Below, piece by piece: positions 48,662-60,995 of a stretch of 64,000 bases of DNA. The DNA is taken from the NCBI RefSeq assembly GCF_001194135.2, contig NC_068981.1:47436799-47500798 (forward strand). The letters are read 5' to 3'. This DNA comes from Octopus bimaculoides (lineage: Eukaryota). The notes under the pieces are model-generated. The model searched no databases, had not been told where the DNA came from, and worked only from the letters and a program-made list of their open reading frames with translations. The position numbers and the translations under genes were made by a program. Position 1 is the first letter of the stretch; each line of letters opens with the position of its first letter.

Positions 48662-48799
48662 AACCACTTTACCTTCGTCTATCAATTGTAGCCCACTTTA
48701 AGGTAATACCAGTCACCTCTCTCATTTAAATTCAAAACAGGTGATGACTAGTACCAATGAATTTGAATCAATCTGTTTTGTGCTATATATGAATATATA

Positions 48800-49165
48800 C
48801 AAACACACACACACACACACACGCACACACCCACACACACACACACACACATACAAACACACACACACACACACACGAACACACACACATACACATACAC
48901 GAACACACACACATACACTCACACGAATACACACTCACACACACACATACATATATATAGGAAATGATTGGGATAAGCAAATTAGACACCTCAAATATAT
49001 TAAATATATTAAGTACGTCGAATAGAATATATGTATATAAGTATACATGTAAAAGGAGAGAAAGCAACGCGTGATGAATTTATAAGTATAAATAAATAAA
49101 TATAAACACACACACACACAAACATTCACACACACACACACACACACACACAAACAAACACACAT
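48800..49165. repeat. (CA)n-rich microsatellite cluster
   Basis: Interrupted CA runs at 48800-48955 and 49105-49165. Confidence 0.9.
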
Positions 49166-49949
49166 ATATATGTATACTTCTATAAGTAGGTCTAACTTGC
49201 ACAGAATAACAAACGGCAGGGAATTTTAAAGGGTTGGAATAAAGCTACTATGAGTGCAACAGCTGTGTCTGGAGGCTTAGGCTGTCCATGATAATTTTGT
49301 TAGATTTAGTCCATCTCAAAATGAGGTCGTATGGATGCATTTAACATGGGACGACATGTCCCTCGTTCATTGGGGTCGAATAGACCTTACATTTCAGGTC
49401 TTAATGCAGAGAAGTACAAAGATGGAATAATTGAATGCGATAGCTAAGTGTATTTAGAGGGGCGACTAGCGTATATTGAGATAGCGATTAATGAGAGGGG
49501 AAACGATACGTCAAAAAGAGTGACGGGTTTATAGTGAGGCTAGTAAGGAAGTAGTCGTAGAGGCGGTGGGTTGTAAGGATCGGGTATATAGTATATGAAT
49601 AATAGAGTGCATTGTGTAGAGTTTGTTAATATGTATGAATGAAACCTATACATTTTTTGGTTGACATAATTTGAAAAGAAATGGGAAATATCCGTGGGAA
49701 GTAAGTTGTCTAGTGCAGTAGTAAAGGTCAATTACCATAGTAAAATATACCACGACATATTTCACGAAATTTTGAGTGCCTTAATGATTCTCTCTTCAAG
49801 CTCTGGTCTGAGACATACTAAAATTTCCTTTCCTATTTGCAGTTCCCATACTTCCTGTCCGGGACGGGACTTTCCATGAACTTTTTGTGCTGGTCGTTCC
49901 CATCACGCCTTGCTTCTTTTTCTACAATTATATAGGAAATTATTTCTAT

Positions 49950-52900
49950 AACTTGTTCCATTTTTCTTCTAAATGTAAGTACTGCAGTTGACTTCTGCTG
50001 AGAAGCAATTGGGCGAAGACTACTTCAGTAATCCAGTAAACACTTTGGCATTGTTTCCATGGTAGATTTCTCCCAATTAAAGTTACAATGTGCCTTTTAA
50101 AAAACATCAACACATTTCTCTGCCTGTTCCCCAGACTGAGGTTGGTAGGGTGCTTCAAACATATACCTTCTGGCTTTGCAAATTTGATTAAATTTGGCGA
50201 TGTGACTGAATTTCATTATTTGATACTAAGGTTTCTGTTAAACCAAATGGAATGAATACTTGCTTTAGCATATGACTTTTGGATGAAATTGAAATATCAT
50301 GTTTAATGAAACTTTCGGGCCTGCTCCGAAACATTCCAACTAGTAATAAAAATATTTACAATTTGTAGGGCCAGGGAAATTAATGAGAACCTCGAACTAT
50401 GTTTTTATCTGATACTGGCCATTGTTGCCAATCAGATCTTCCATACATTTTGCTTGTCTGCACATATCTACTGCAAGTATGTGCCAAATGTTCTACTGTT
50501 TTTTCATTGTTAGGCCAGTTAACATACTGTCTTGCAATAATTTGCATGTGATTTATAACTTAGTGCCACGTATGTAATTGTTTTAAAGCTAAATATCCTA
50601 ATTGCTGAGAAATAACAACTTGATCACCAAGGATGATAAATCCTTTCAATGTTTGAAGCACTGTTTCAGATATACTGAATGGAGTTTTATTGGCCAACGT
50701 ATTTGTTGATGTCTACTAACTAACTGCAAGGTACAAGGATTTGTTTTTTTTTCTGTTGCTTTGTGAACCATTTCTGTAGACACCGGGACAGTGCCTCTTG
50801 CAGTAAATAAACATTGTGTACATCATTCTCCGCAGAAATCGAACCCATAGCAGCTTGTTTCTTGTCTAATTTTTAATTTACCAGGAGACACGCAAATGCA
50901 TCAGCTTCTCTAAATTCACTCGTTGACTTGTACTGGAATTGAAAGATATACCCAGTACCATTGTTGACTGTCTTTGTAAACTGTTTGTTGAGTTTACTGG
51001 ATTGCCCTCTTTCGAGTTAAAACATACATGGTGTTTATGATCGGTGAATACAACAAAAGGTCTTCTATGCAGCATTTTGTGAAATCATTTGACTAGTTTC
51101 CTTTTCAATTTGAATATACTTTCCGCTTCATTCCAGGTGCGAGCAACGTGCGCAATTGCCTTTTCAGCCTCATCTAGGAAAACGTGGGATATGACAGCGC
51201 CGATACTTTCTGCCTATTACATCTACGATCAGTATTGTTTCCAATTTCGGATCATATTTCATTAATACATATGAGTGCTATAACACTTTCGTCTCTTCAA
51301 AAGCTTTGATGTATGCTAGTGTCAAGTTCCACTTTGCAGTTTCAAACGTAATCGCAAACGATGCATAGTATATAGCAAAACAAAGTAATAGCTAAGGAGT
51401 TCAAGAAACGATTTCAACTTGTTAACATCTGACGGAAATGGCATTGTTAGAATTGCTTCTCCGTTTGTTGGGTCTGTTTTACGACCGTCTTCGTTTATAA
51501 TAATACCCATATATGTTATTAATGTCATAAATAATTTTCCGTTCTCCTCTTTCACTGTAAAACGAAATGGAAAAGACTATCTAATCGGTAACAAAATTTA
51601 TTTTACTGAACCAGTTGCTATAATATTGTCCATATAAACCACGTCTCTAGATATGTTTGCAATCATTGTATCCATTAATTTTCGAAACATAGTTGAAGCC
51701 GTTTTATTTCGAATGGTAATCGTTGATATCGGTAAAGACCTCTGTGAGTATTAATTGTCAACAGTTTTGAAATACCATCAACTGCAATTTGTAAGTCAGT
51801 GTCAGCCAAATCGATTTTTTCAAACTAACGGCTACCATTACGCTAGCTGAAAATGTATTCAGGACTAGGATCAAGGATGGAGTGGTACTCTAAGGCTCCA
51901 TTTAATCCTCTCAAAAATCTGTGCACAGGCGAATAGAATCATTTGCTTTCCTAACCAGTACTATCGACGCTTCCTAAGTTGAATTGTTAACTGATATTAT
52001 TATGTCTGATTATAGAAGATGATCTAACTTTATGTCCACCTTGTATTGAACTGCCTATGGAAGTCATCTGCGAGGCCTAAATACTTCCTTCAACTCAGCT
52101 TTATACGACAAATCTGCTTTATTTAACTTGCAACGAATTTTTGAAAACGAGTGAGAAATTTTACTTTCGTAAATGGGTAAATGGGACAGATGATGTTTGA
52201 AAGTAAGCAAATGACTTTGCTAAATAAGTTAAGTTCAGCAGTGCGATCTAAACTAAATAAATCTAAAATATGCTGATCCGTCAAATAGTACGTTACATAA
52301 AAAAATTGAATCAAAATGTACTTTACACTTAATCATACAAACACGCTTTAAATTGATACCTGGTGCATTCTTAGCACTGCACTCCGTCTCAGCTATCTGT
52401 TGCCTCCAAGTTTTGTGAGAAATTACCAGATGCTGTGTTTAACTGTAATTTAGCTGCAGTATCATTTCTTGGAACAATTAAATACTTGCGGTTTTCTTGA
52501 AAATCAAACTTTAAAACTAGCGTAAATAATATGAACATGATTTTATGAATTCTAACGAGCCAAAACCTTAGAGAAAGCTTCTTGCATACTTCCCTTGGAT
52601 GATTAGGCAAACGAAACCCCTTTTTATGACCGAACGCATGACATAGTTGACACTTATGTTGCTTTTAGAGGCAAACACTCTTCATAATAGCTTGCACTAA
52701 AACACTAGCAAAGTAGAAGAAAACTGGATTTTTGTTCTTCTATCAGTAATGAAATTTTAGCATTGGTTTCACTTGATTTACTGACACTAATCTATTGGTA
52801 TACCTCACTGACTGTTGTAGGTCAATTTTTTCGTAGCTTTAGTTGTGATAAGAGTTTAGAAGTATTGTCTGAATGCGATGACGCTTATAAACCAGTAAAA

Positions 52901-53200
52901 AAGTTTGAACATTTAAACTAATTATGAGTAAATCAATTCAAATGTAAGTGTTCATATTTGCGATTTACTTCACAGGCAGAGCTAACAAAATCCTCCTTCT
53001 CGGACTTGGTTATTCTAAAACAATTGTGTCTAAAGTAAAACTAAATTGAGTCCGCAGTAAAAAAATATTTTGATGTATTTCAACTATCCCATTGAAATTG
53101 ATGTATGGACAATTCTTCGGTAGAATATATTTCATATATTTCATGTGTTCATTACATCCGAGCTTAGTTAATAGTAATCTGACTTTCACATTCGCGTCAA
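49950..53200 (-). mobile_element. Ty3/Gypsy LTR retrotransposon internal relic (gag-PR-RT-RH, probably INT)
   Basis: gag-like LDANVKVRLLLTKLG.NEH.KY.KYILPK (53010-53200). Protease KLQLNTAS, similar to LQLDTAS (~52430). RT KIDLAD..LQI...INTHRGLYRYQRLPF...VYMDNII (51620-51830). YMGIIINEDGRK.DP...KSFL.L.SYY (51330-51520). RNase H IGAVISH...EKAIAH...FVVFTDHK (50990-51230). No LTRs found; left boundary uncertain. Confidence 0.85.
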
Positions 53201-53915
53201 GATTCAAGGATATTTGAACTGGTAACAAGTTTGCATTTATACACATCACTCCTTAGCATTGTCGCTACGTGTTCTATTGACGGTGAGCCGCTGAATAGCA
53301 CAACCATTATTTCAATGATGACGAGAATATCATAAGAGTGATCTATCTTTCATGTCAGTGCGCATCGTCTGCCTTTCAGGTCTCTTGCTGAAAAGGAGAT
53401 AACCACTCTGAAATACATGCATCCAACATTCTGGTGTATTTACATCTATTAATTTACAGCGAGAAATTTTCTCCATGACAAATTACAGTGAATGGCTTGC
53501 TTACGGGTCCAAATATGTCTGAAGCATATTTGAAATGGTAACAAGTTTGTATTAATATATACACATTGGTGATTATCATTGCCATCCTGTATTATAATTT
53601 ATGTTATATTATAGCTTGCACAATAGATTGTTAAGAAAATATAAGCTCTTATCTTCATGGTTATTGGTTTTCGGCTAGTAGCTGAGGCACCACCTTTAAA
53701 TTATTGGGCCTAAAGTATCGACACCATCACATAATTAGAAAATGACATTATTTTAGCAATTTGTATTTATGGAACAGCTAAATTACAGTACATAATCATA
53801 TTGACATGTTTAAACGCCATAACGTAAATACTACATCAAGCATATCTATGATTAACTACAAAACAGTGTCTATCTAGCAAACTTCACTCAAATAATTGTA
53901 ATACTTTTAGAAATA

Positions 53916-54307
53916 GGCGCAGGAGTGGCTGTGTGGTAAGCCATTGCTTACCAACCACATGGAGCCGTGGCACCTTGGGCAAATATCTTCTACTATAGCA
54001 TCGGGCCGGGCAAATACTTGTGAGTGGATTTGGTAGACGGAAACTGAAATAAGCCCGTCGTATATATGTATATGTATGTGTATGTATGTGCATGTATATG
54101 TTTGTGTGTCTGTGTTTGTTCCCTCAGAATTGCTTGACAACTAATGGTGGTGTGTTTACGTCCCCGTAACTTAGCGGATAGGCGAAAGCGACCGATAGAA
54201 TAAGTACTAGGCTTACAAAGAATAAGTCTTGGGGTCGATTTGCTCGAGTAAAAGGCGATGCCCCAGCATGGCTGCAGTCAAATGACTGAAACAAGTAAAA
54301 GAGTAAA
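53916..54307 (+). mobile_element. tRNA-type SINE, family B, near full length
   Basis: GGCGCAGGAGTGGCTGTGTGGTAAG...internal (TA/TG) microsatellite...GGGGTCGATTTGCTCG...CAGTCAAATGACTGAAACAAGTAAAAGAG. The head lacks the GGGTTCAG B-box segment present at ~19975. Confidence 0.9.
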
Positions 54308-54314
54308 GGAGGAA

Positions 54315-54596
54315 AAATATTGCATTTCTCCATCTCTCAGACAGTTATACCGTAGCAGCACACTAACGTTATGGTTTGTTGCCATCTTAATATGGTAGTC
54401 CAAGGAAAGGGACGAATGTTACTGCTATTTAACCCCAAGAAACACCGTTTCTAGTTGGTTATATGAAACAAGCGTTCTGTGTCCTTAAGTTTTCAAACAG
54501 GACAGATAAGCACCTCCGGCCCACAAAGCCAGCATCCAGTGACTAGTTTCAGGGTAGGTGCCCTTTATGAGTCTGGAGTAGCTTGGCCTTGCTAGC
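54315..54596 (-). mobile_element. H2 family, subtype b, copy C (downstream half of an interrupted tandem)
   Basis: Aligns to 56678-57050 in reverse complement. On the minus strand it starts CTAGCAAGGCC, five bases (TACAA) past where copy A stops. Confidence 0.85.
54536..54576 (-). ncRNA. Minimal hammerhead motif (H2b), 5' core mutated
   Basis: Minus strand: CCAGA-CTCATAA-AGGG-CACCTA-CCCT-GAAAC-TA-GTC-ACTGG. The 3' half is perfect. Confidence 0.6.
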
Positions 54597-56460
54597 TTTT
54601 TTTCTTCTTTGTTATGACCATATAGATTTTACAGAGAAAGGACGAATATAAACAACACAATACAGCGGGGTACATATAACGAAAATCGAATGAATATGAA
54701 TAAAGTGATATAATGAAAAAAGGAAATGTCTTACTTGTGACCCATATGCAAGTGGTGTCATTTAACTGTTTATGCAATTCATATTCGTGTACAATTCATT
54801 GTCCTTCTGTTTTTTTAAAAAAAAAACAACACCTATCAATTTTGCAAATTTCATTTACTTTTATATTCATCGACAAAGTATTGCACAATGTCTGTGAATG
54901 ACACCATTGGTGGCAACTCACCACATCGAAAACACAGATACGTCAACTCAAACCGCTCACGGAACAATTCTTTCAGTTTATCTGCTCTATCACTCTTCAG
55001 CAAACCACCCACCCGGTCGTCCTCTGTATATTCACTTCCCGTTATCTTAAGTCTTCTAACATATTTCATCTTCCTAATCCTCTTCTCTATTTCTATACTC
55101 TACTCGTATTCTACCATCCTCCTCAAATTTATTCTTTTCGCCTCCTCTTTCCACTTTCCATCTCCACTCTCTCCCAATCTTCCTGGTAATTGTGTCTCCA
55201 TCTTACTACCGCGCCTCATTGTTGCTTCCTTTCATTTCAGTATACTTTATTTTTTCTTTTTCATTTGTTCTCTCTTCTTCACTTTTCTCTTTGCTACTTC
55301 TGCACATTCTATCTGAATCTTCTCCAACTTGCATTTCCTCTTTTTTCGTGGATTTTTTAGAGGCGATAATGCATTTTCCTCCTATTTTTCTTACTCTTTC
55401 CAACTGGGTATTTCGCTTCTAGTGCTTCCATTACATCCTTTACCTGGCCTTGCGCCACCACACCTTACTCCATCTCCTCCTCTTGCTGCTCCTGTTCTAC
55501 CTCCTGTTCCACTTCTTGTTTCTGGGGACACCTTGCTTGCATGTGACCCCGTACACTCTCAGTTTGACGTCTTCCGGTAGCACAATCTCATCTACAATTT
55601 TATGCAGATCCGGGACACTGATTTGAACCGTCACCTCAAGGCCGTATCCAAACCAGCTCACCTCATTGTCCTCGTGACCTTCAGAACATTGGTTTCCTCC
55701 TCGGTGTTGAAGAGGGATGCCGCCACCAGCCACGTTTCCACAATTTCTGGGGGCACTCTGCCAATTCTCATTCTGACCTTACGTTTCCCACAATAGTTCG
55801 GCAGTAGTGCCCACTCATCCGACTTTAATGGCACAGTGGATCACTTTATTGCGTCTTGTTCGGTCGCAAACTGTACTTCCACTGTGTCGTACTTCTTGCT
55901 TTTGGTGTAGTATGTGGTAAGGTGGTTCACATACATGAGGCACTCCATTTCTTCAATGCTTGCTAATTCAATCTTTTTGATGCTGTTCGACAATGTTCTA
56001 TAAACAACCGGCTTTTGTTCGCTGTTTCTTCCAATATTTCTTTTGGAGGGGTCAGTCTCAGGCTGTTTCCTTCCTTAGCAATTACCTCATTCGCTTTTTT
56101 AAGTCTTCTTTCATCAAACTTGACATCCTCCACATTACAGTGTCGCTATTTGCACCCCTTCCTGCTGCTGTAGCATAGCTAACGGCTTGTTTAGTGTCCA
56201 TAACTTCGTTGGTTAACAAAAATATTCAGAAATTTTCTTCACAAATTCACAATTCAATAAATAATTTGCAGTAATTTTCTACCCCGCAGGGCGAAAATTA
56301 CCGTTTTCCACAGGACAACAGTTCAAATCCCAATAAAATCTCCAATACAAATATAACAAAATTCACATTCACAGAACAGGAACTGAACTCAGATACCGTA
56401 GGTAACAACTGAAAACAACTCTGTGTCGTAGACAAAAAAGGCGTTGCTTTGATAGCCGTC
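54597..56460 (-). mobile_element. ORF1-only (HAL1-like) L1/Tx1-type element, decayed
   Basis: Minus strand has a ~260-bp 5' UTR, then ATG at 56201 giving MDTKQAVSYATAA. After a frameshift it reads KKYDTVEVQFATE...GKRKVRMRIGRVPPEI.ETWLVAA...GYGLEVTVQ...LPEDVKLRV, then a K/E-rich tail. An AT-rich 3' region ends AAAGAAGAAAAAAAA. No RT or APE motifs within 1.86 kb. Confidence 0.6.
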
Positions 56461-56677
56461 GGTGCTAAATTGCTGTTGAAAATTAATAGAATTTCAACTG
56501 AAATAAAATCACTCATCTACATAATTAGAAATATGGTATTTCTAAATCTCTCACAGAGGGTTACACAATAGCAGTACGATAAAGTGATGGTTTGTTGCCA
56601 ACACAATGTGACAGTCCCAGGAAAGAGAAGAATGCTACTACTATTTAGCCCCAAGCAACATCGTTTCTACTTGGCTA
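56461..56677 (-). mobile_element. H2b copy A (upstream half of the interrupted tandem)
   Basis: 56461-56602 is the reverse complement (~80%) of 56678-56819. 56603-56677 matches 54395-54460 and the reverse complement of 56955-57025. Confidence 0.85.
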
Positions 56678-57050
56678 GTTGGCAGCAAACCGTCACTTTA
56701 TGATGCTGCTACTGTATAACTCTTTCTGAGAGATTTAGAAATGCAATATTTCTAATTTTTTTAATCAGTGAATTTATTTCACTTAACATTCTATATATTT
56801 TCAACAGCGATTTAGCACCTACAACTAGCAAGGCCATGCTACCCCAGTCTGATGAAGGGCAACTACCCTGAAGCTAGCCTCTGGTTGCCGGCTTTGTTGG
56901 CTTGAGGTGCTTATTAGTCCTGTTTGAAAACTTAAGGACACACAACGCTTGTGTCACGTAGCCAACAAGAAACGTTGTTTTTTGGAGCTAAATCATTCTT
57001 CCCTTTCCTTGGACTGCCGCGTTAAGTTGGCAACAAGCCATACCTTTAAT
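56678..57050 (+). mobile_element. H2b copy B: complete ~348-bp monomer with terminal redundancy
   Basis: Begins GTTGGCAGCAAACCGTCACTTTATG (56678) and ends GTTGGCAACAAGCCATACCTTTAAT (57026). Confidence 0.85.
56844..56884 (+). ncRNA. Minimal hammerhead motif (H2b), 3' core mutated
   Basis: CCAGT-CTGATGA-AGGG-CAACTA-CCCT-GAAGC-TA-GCC-TCTGG. The 5' half is perfect and complements the 54536 copy. Confidence 0.65.
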
Positions 57051-60000
57051 TGTAATACTCCATGGCATAAAATAAGACAATTGCCCCAAGTGATGTACAT
57101 TGGGAATATGGCTTTACACCTATATGATTTTTTTTACTGATGCTAATGTAAGGATGTAATGCAACCTGCTAACATTTGTATGTACCTGTTAACGCTTTAA
57201 TAGGTGAATGTTATTCAATCTCAAAAGCTCTGTGCTTTATAAAATAGATGATTTCAAGCAAAGTTTTGTATTTTTGGAATTAATCTAAAAACTATCCACC
57301 GTAATATTTTGGAAGAGTCGACAAATCTTATCGTTTACTGATCGTTGTGAATAATATACCATTAGTTTTGTTGTTGTTCTTATTTTGCTGTAGATTTATT
57401 TGTCTTGTACTACCGATCTAACGCATTGTACCTTTGGTTATTGAGTGTTTTGTATATACTCGTGTATTGAAATTTCTCTTAATATTTTGTACCTAATTGG
57501 GATATTTTCACGTACAGTGCTCATATTAGTAACTCAGGCTTGAACGTTTAGGATTTTTCTGCATATTTGAACCAGTTCTCATGTAGTCAATCCTTTCTCA
57601 TTCTTTCCATCTCTGGGTTTCAGATGTTTCTACTGCCAGAGTTTTGTATTTCAAACAATACAATTGTTCTATTCAGATTTTTTTTTGTATATTTCGTTGG
57701 ATACTTCGAATAAATTACTGCTGTGGCCTGGTTTGGTCTGCTCTTTTGTCTCTTCACAAAAATATGTAACCGCATAATCGAGGTCTTGTTTGTTATGTAC
57801 AATAGCACCAGATTTGCCTCTAATTCTGTGAGAGTATGTTTATGACGTGATTTTCCTGACATGGGATTTTGGCCTGGTTATCAGAGTGTATGAAATCATA
57901 GATATGTTCATGCTGGTACATACATTTTCTCTTAACTCTACCTACTCCGGTAGCGAGGGCTTCGTTGATTAGTTTCCTTCTCTGTTTCAACATATGCTGT
58001 AGATGTTCAATTTATTCAACACTTTTGCCTAAATTCGTTGCTTTTTTCGAGAGGCTCTGGACTTGTGTTGAAATCTCGTTTCGTTGAAGCTCAACTGCTA
58101 CTCCTAAGCTTTTTCAGCCAGTGAACCAGTGCTGCAGTATTGTTTTGTCCAATTATGAATCGAATATTCAAGGTTTTCTTATCACGTTATTGAAATGTCG
58201 TTTTGGATCATTACTTTAACTAACATCTGTGTTCTTTTTAAAACTTGTTCTTTTTTACATGCCATTTCTTTATAACTAATACTCAGTCTAATATTAAGCT
58301 TACATTGGATGAGTTTCCCTTGCGTTTACAATATGGAAGACGAACAGATGACATTTTATAACAATTTCCTACTTAAATGAAACATCTTATTATTATTCCA
58401 TCTAATGGTGATAAATACGATAATTCTATTGGAGATATATTGCGTTTATTATGCATTTGTTACTTCCGTTATCGATTCCATTCATTCCTCAGTCACATAG
58501 GTAGTATTGTGTATAAATTGTTATTTCCGCCTACCGTAATATTAATGATTTTAATTCATTTTCCTCTCCTCATTGTTTCGTTGATATTTTTTTCTAATTC
58601 TTGTCTAAAAATGGTTCATATAATAAATCCGAATACTTTCTGAAATAGCTTTTACCACCTACAAAATACGATTTCAGATTTTTTTTTACATACAAAGTTT
58701 GGTTGATTGAACTTTCATCGATGCTGACCTTTGTTAGTTGTTTTAGAATCAGACAAAAGTGGAGAAAATTAGTCTTAAATTATACATTTTCTAAACGACA
58801 ACGATATTTTTTTGTTCTGCGTGTTAAAGGAATTGTGTGTGTTCCACTCAAAATATGTTGCTTTCATATGTATATGGCTGAACCTATTTTAGACATAACT
58901 GTTATATCAGTTATCCATAAGTGTTCAAAATGTAAAATACGCCCTGGAAATCAATCAAGTGAAATCATCTAATTTCGTTGTGAAGATACCTTATTTCGGA
59001 TACACACATAGACACCCACAAAGAGACCCCCCACACACACACACAAAATCACCCCCACACTCAATCACACCCAAACACGTACACACATTCGTTGGATCAC
59101 TTTGACGATTTGTAATTGAGCACCCGCTTTTATACATGTAAGAGATTCTATCATACGGTGTATGAGTTCAACTCTTTTCTACAATTGCTATTATACCGTG
59201 AGGGTAAGTGGCATGAAAATAATTCTATTTAATTAAAACTTAGATGAAGTATAATTAATTCTAATCAATTGACGAGGATGAAGAACTATCAGAATATTGA
59301 TTCAGTTAAGTGTAGTTCAGAAAAGTTAACGCATTTAGAAATCCGTGAGTATGAGCAGTGTAAATAACTATTTATTTTTCATATTCTACAAGCACTTATT
59401 CCATAATTTCAGTTAATCAAATCATCAATGACATCAAATTCTTTCACATAGCTCGCTAAAAGTTCAAATATGTTGTGACCTTACCATATCTTTAATGATT
59501 TAAACAAAAGTCTTCATCACAAATTTTTTTCTCTTCATTTATTATATTTGCACGGCTGCTGTCTGCTTTATGAATTTCAAGCGGCATACTGCCTGTGCAT
59601 GATAATTTATTCATAAGCATGGTTGCAACTGTTTAGCTCTTACACGTAATTGCATTTTATTTCAGCATGCACAAGATAACAAAACGTAATATGAAATATA
59701 TTTGAAATGTGATGTCAATCATTCTATAACAGAACTCTCAGTAGAATATATCAATGCAAACGTACTACAGAAAATGGCAGGCTATTGTAGTTACGAGTCA
59801 AATAAAATTGATAAAATATTGAAAATACTCCAGTGTTTATAGCAAAACGAAGATACATTGAGTAAAGAAAATAGCTACAAAACTCTTCCAGATGTTATAC
59901 TAATTAAAAATAGGAGATATTTCATAATATAAATGTGGACATCTGCATGAAGACGGAGTCTCGTTGACGAATCTTCTACTTGTTCGTATGCATAAATACA

Positions 60001-60788
60001 AATGTATATAAGAAGAATATAAACAACAAAAATAAGCTTTCAAATTTACTACAGCTGTTTCGAAAGCATTTTATTGATGGATTCCTAGATTACATCATAG
60101 CATAAATCAATTATCCTCAGGTAAAATATTAAACATGTATAAACATTAAGGTAAAAGCTTGACAATGACTTATTAAACAGCTACTACGTGAACATGTTAA
60201 CGAAATACCAAAAAAAAAAAACGAATGGAATCATAACTTCTCAAGAAATGTGCTCCAAACTTAACATGCAAATCTCGATATTCGGAAAGAATTAATACAG
60301 CGCAGACCCGTGCAGGATAACACTAAGCATAATCTAGATTCGCCTAAACTTTTCCGTGAGAGGGTATTTGCAAAATTGGAGGCATTTGGTTGTAACAAAT
60401 ATGTGATTCAACCACTGCCAGAAAAAGGGCTCGGTTTCTGTGGCTTGAAGGAATTTTGCCATCACTAGCTAAGAATACTGACCTCTACAAAATGGAGACA
60501 AACTCTGATTAGTAGGAGGAAATATATATACATGCACGCATGCGTACACACATACATACACACACACACACACACATTCATAAATATACATATGTGCGTA
60601 TGCATATATCTATATGTGTGTACCTGTATACATGCACATATTTATATANNNNNNNNNNNNNNNNNNNNNNNNNNNNNNNNNNNNNNNNNNNNNNNNNNNN
60701 NNNNNNNNNNNNNNNNNNNNNNNNNNNNNNNNNNNNNNNNNNNNNNNNNNNNNNNNNNNNNNNNNNNNNNNNNNNNNNNNNNNNNNNN

Positions 60789-60902
60789 TGGCAAACAGGA
60801 CACAGTCGTGTGTCGATAAGCCAGCTGGAGGAGATGTCCTCCTGGGGCTAAAAGCAACAGTAACATCCACCCCTAGGGGTCAGCCACACTTAAGTGGCAA
60901 TA
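60789..60902 (+). mobile_element. H2-related repeat fragment next to a gap
   Basis: AGGACACAG...AGCCAGCTGGAGG...CCTGGGGCTAAAAGCAACAGTAACAT...CTTAAGTGGCAA parallels 56935-57032. Confidence 0.6.
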
Positions 60903-60957
60903 TACTACACTTTATCGTGCAGTTACTGTTAATACTTCATTTAGAGAATTAACATTG

Positions 60958-60995
<38 letters not shown>

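Larger units (their letters stand above)
14696..60788. other. Assembly gaps (N runs) at dinucleotide microsatellites
   Basis: N runs at 14696-15310, 17021-17204, 18328-18529, 19463-19890, 21442-21451, 21940-22930, 23308-23317, 24085-24827, 45270-45298, 46718-47519 and 60649-60788. Nearly all are bordered by (TA)n or (TG)n. Confidence 0.98.

Noticed and set aside
49347-49401. Two small adjacent hairpins (GGGAC/GTCCC, AGACCT/AGGTCT) as decayed ribozyme stems
   Set aside because: No CTGANGA or GAAAC core on either strand.
51090-51105. GACTAGTTTC matching the H2b hammerhead 3' half
   Set aside because: Falls within the Gypsy RNase H frame with no core or stems; chance match.
3908-54307. tRNA genes suggested by A/B boxes
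   Set aside because: All are SINE heads followed by family bodies; none gives a full cloverleaf.
14414-60952. Long ORFs containing X runs (e.g. 14414-15408, 21887-23024, 23973-25221, 46600-47659)
   Set aside because: They stay open only because they cross N gaps and (TA)n repeats.
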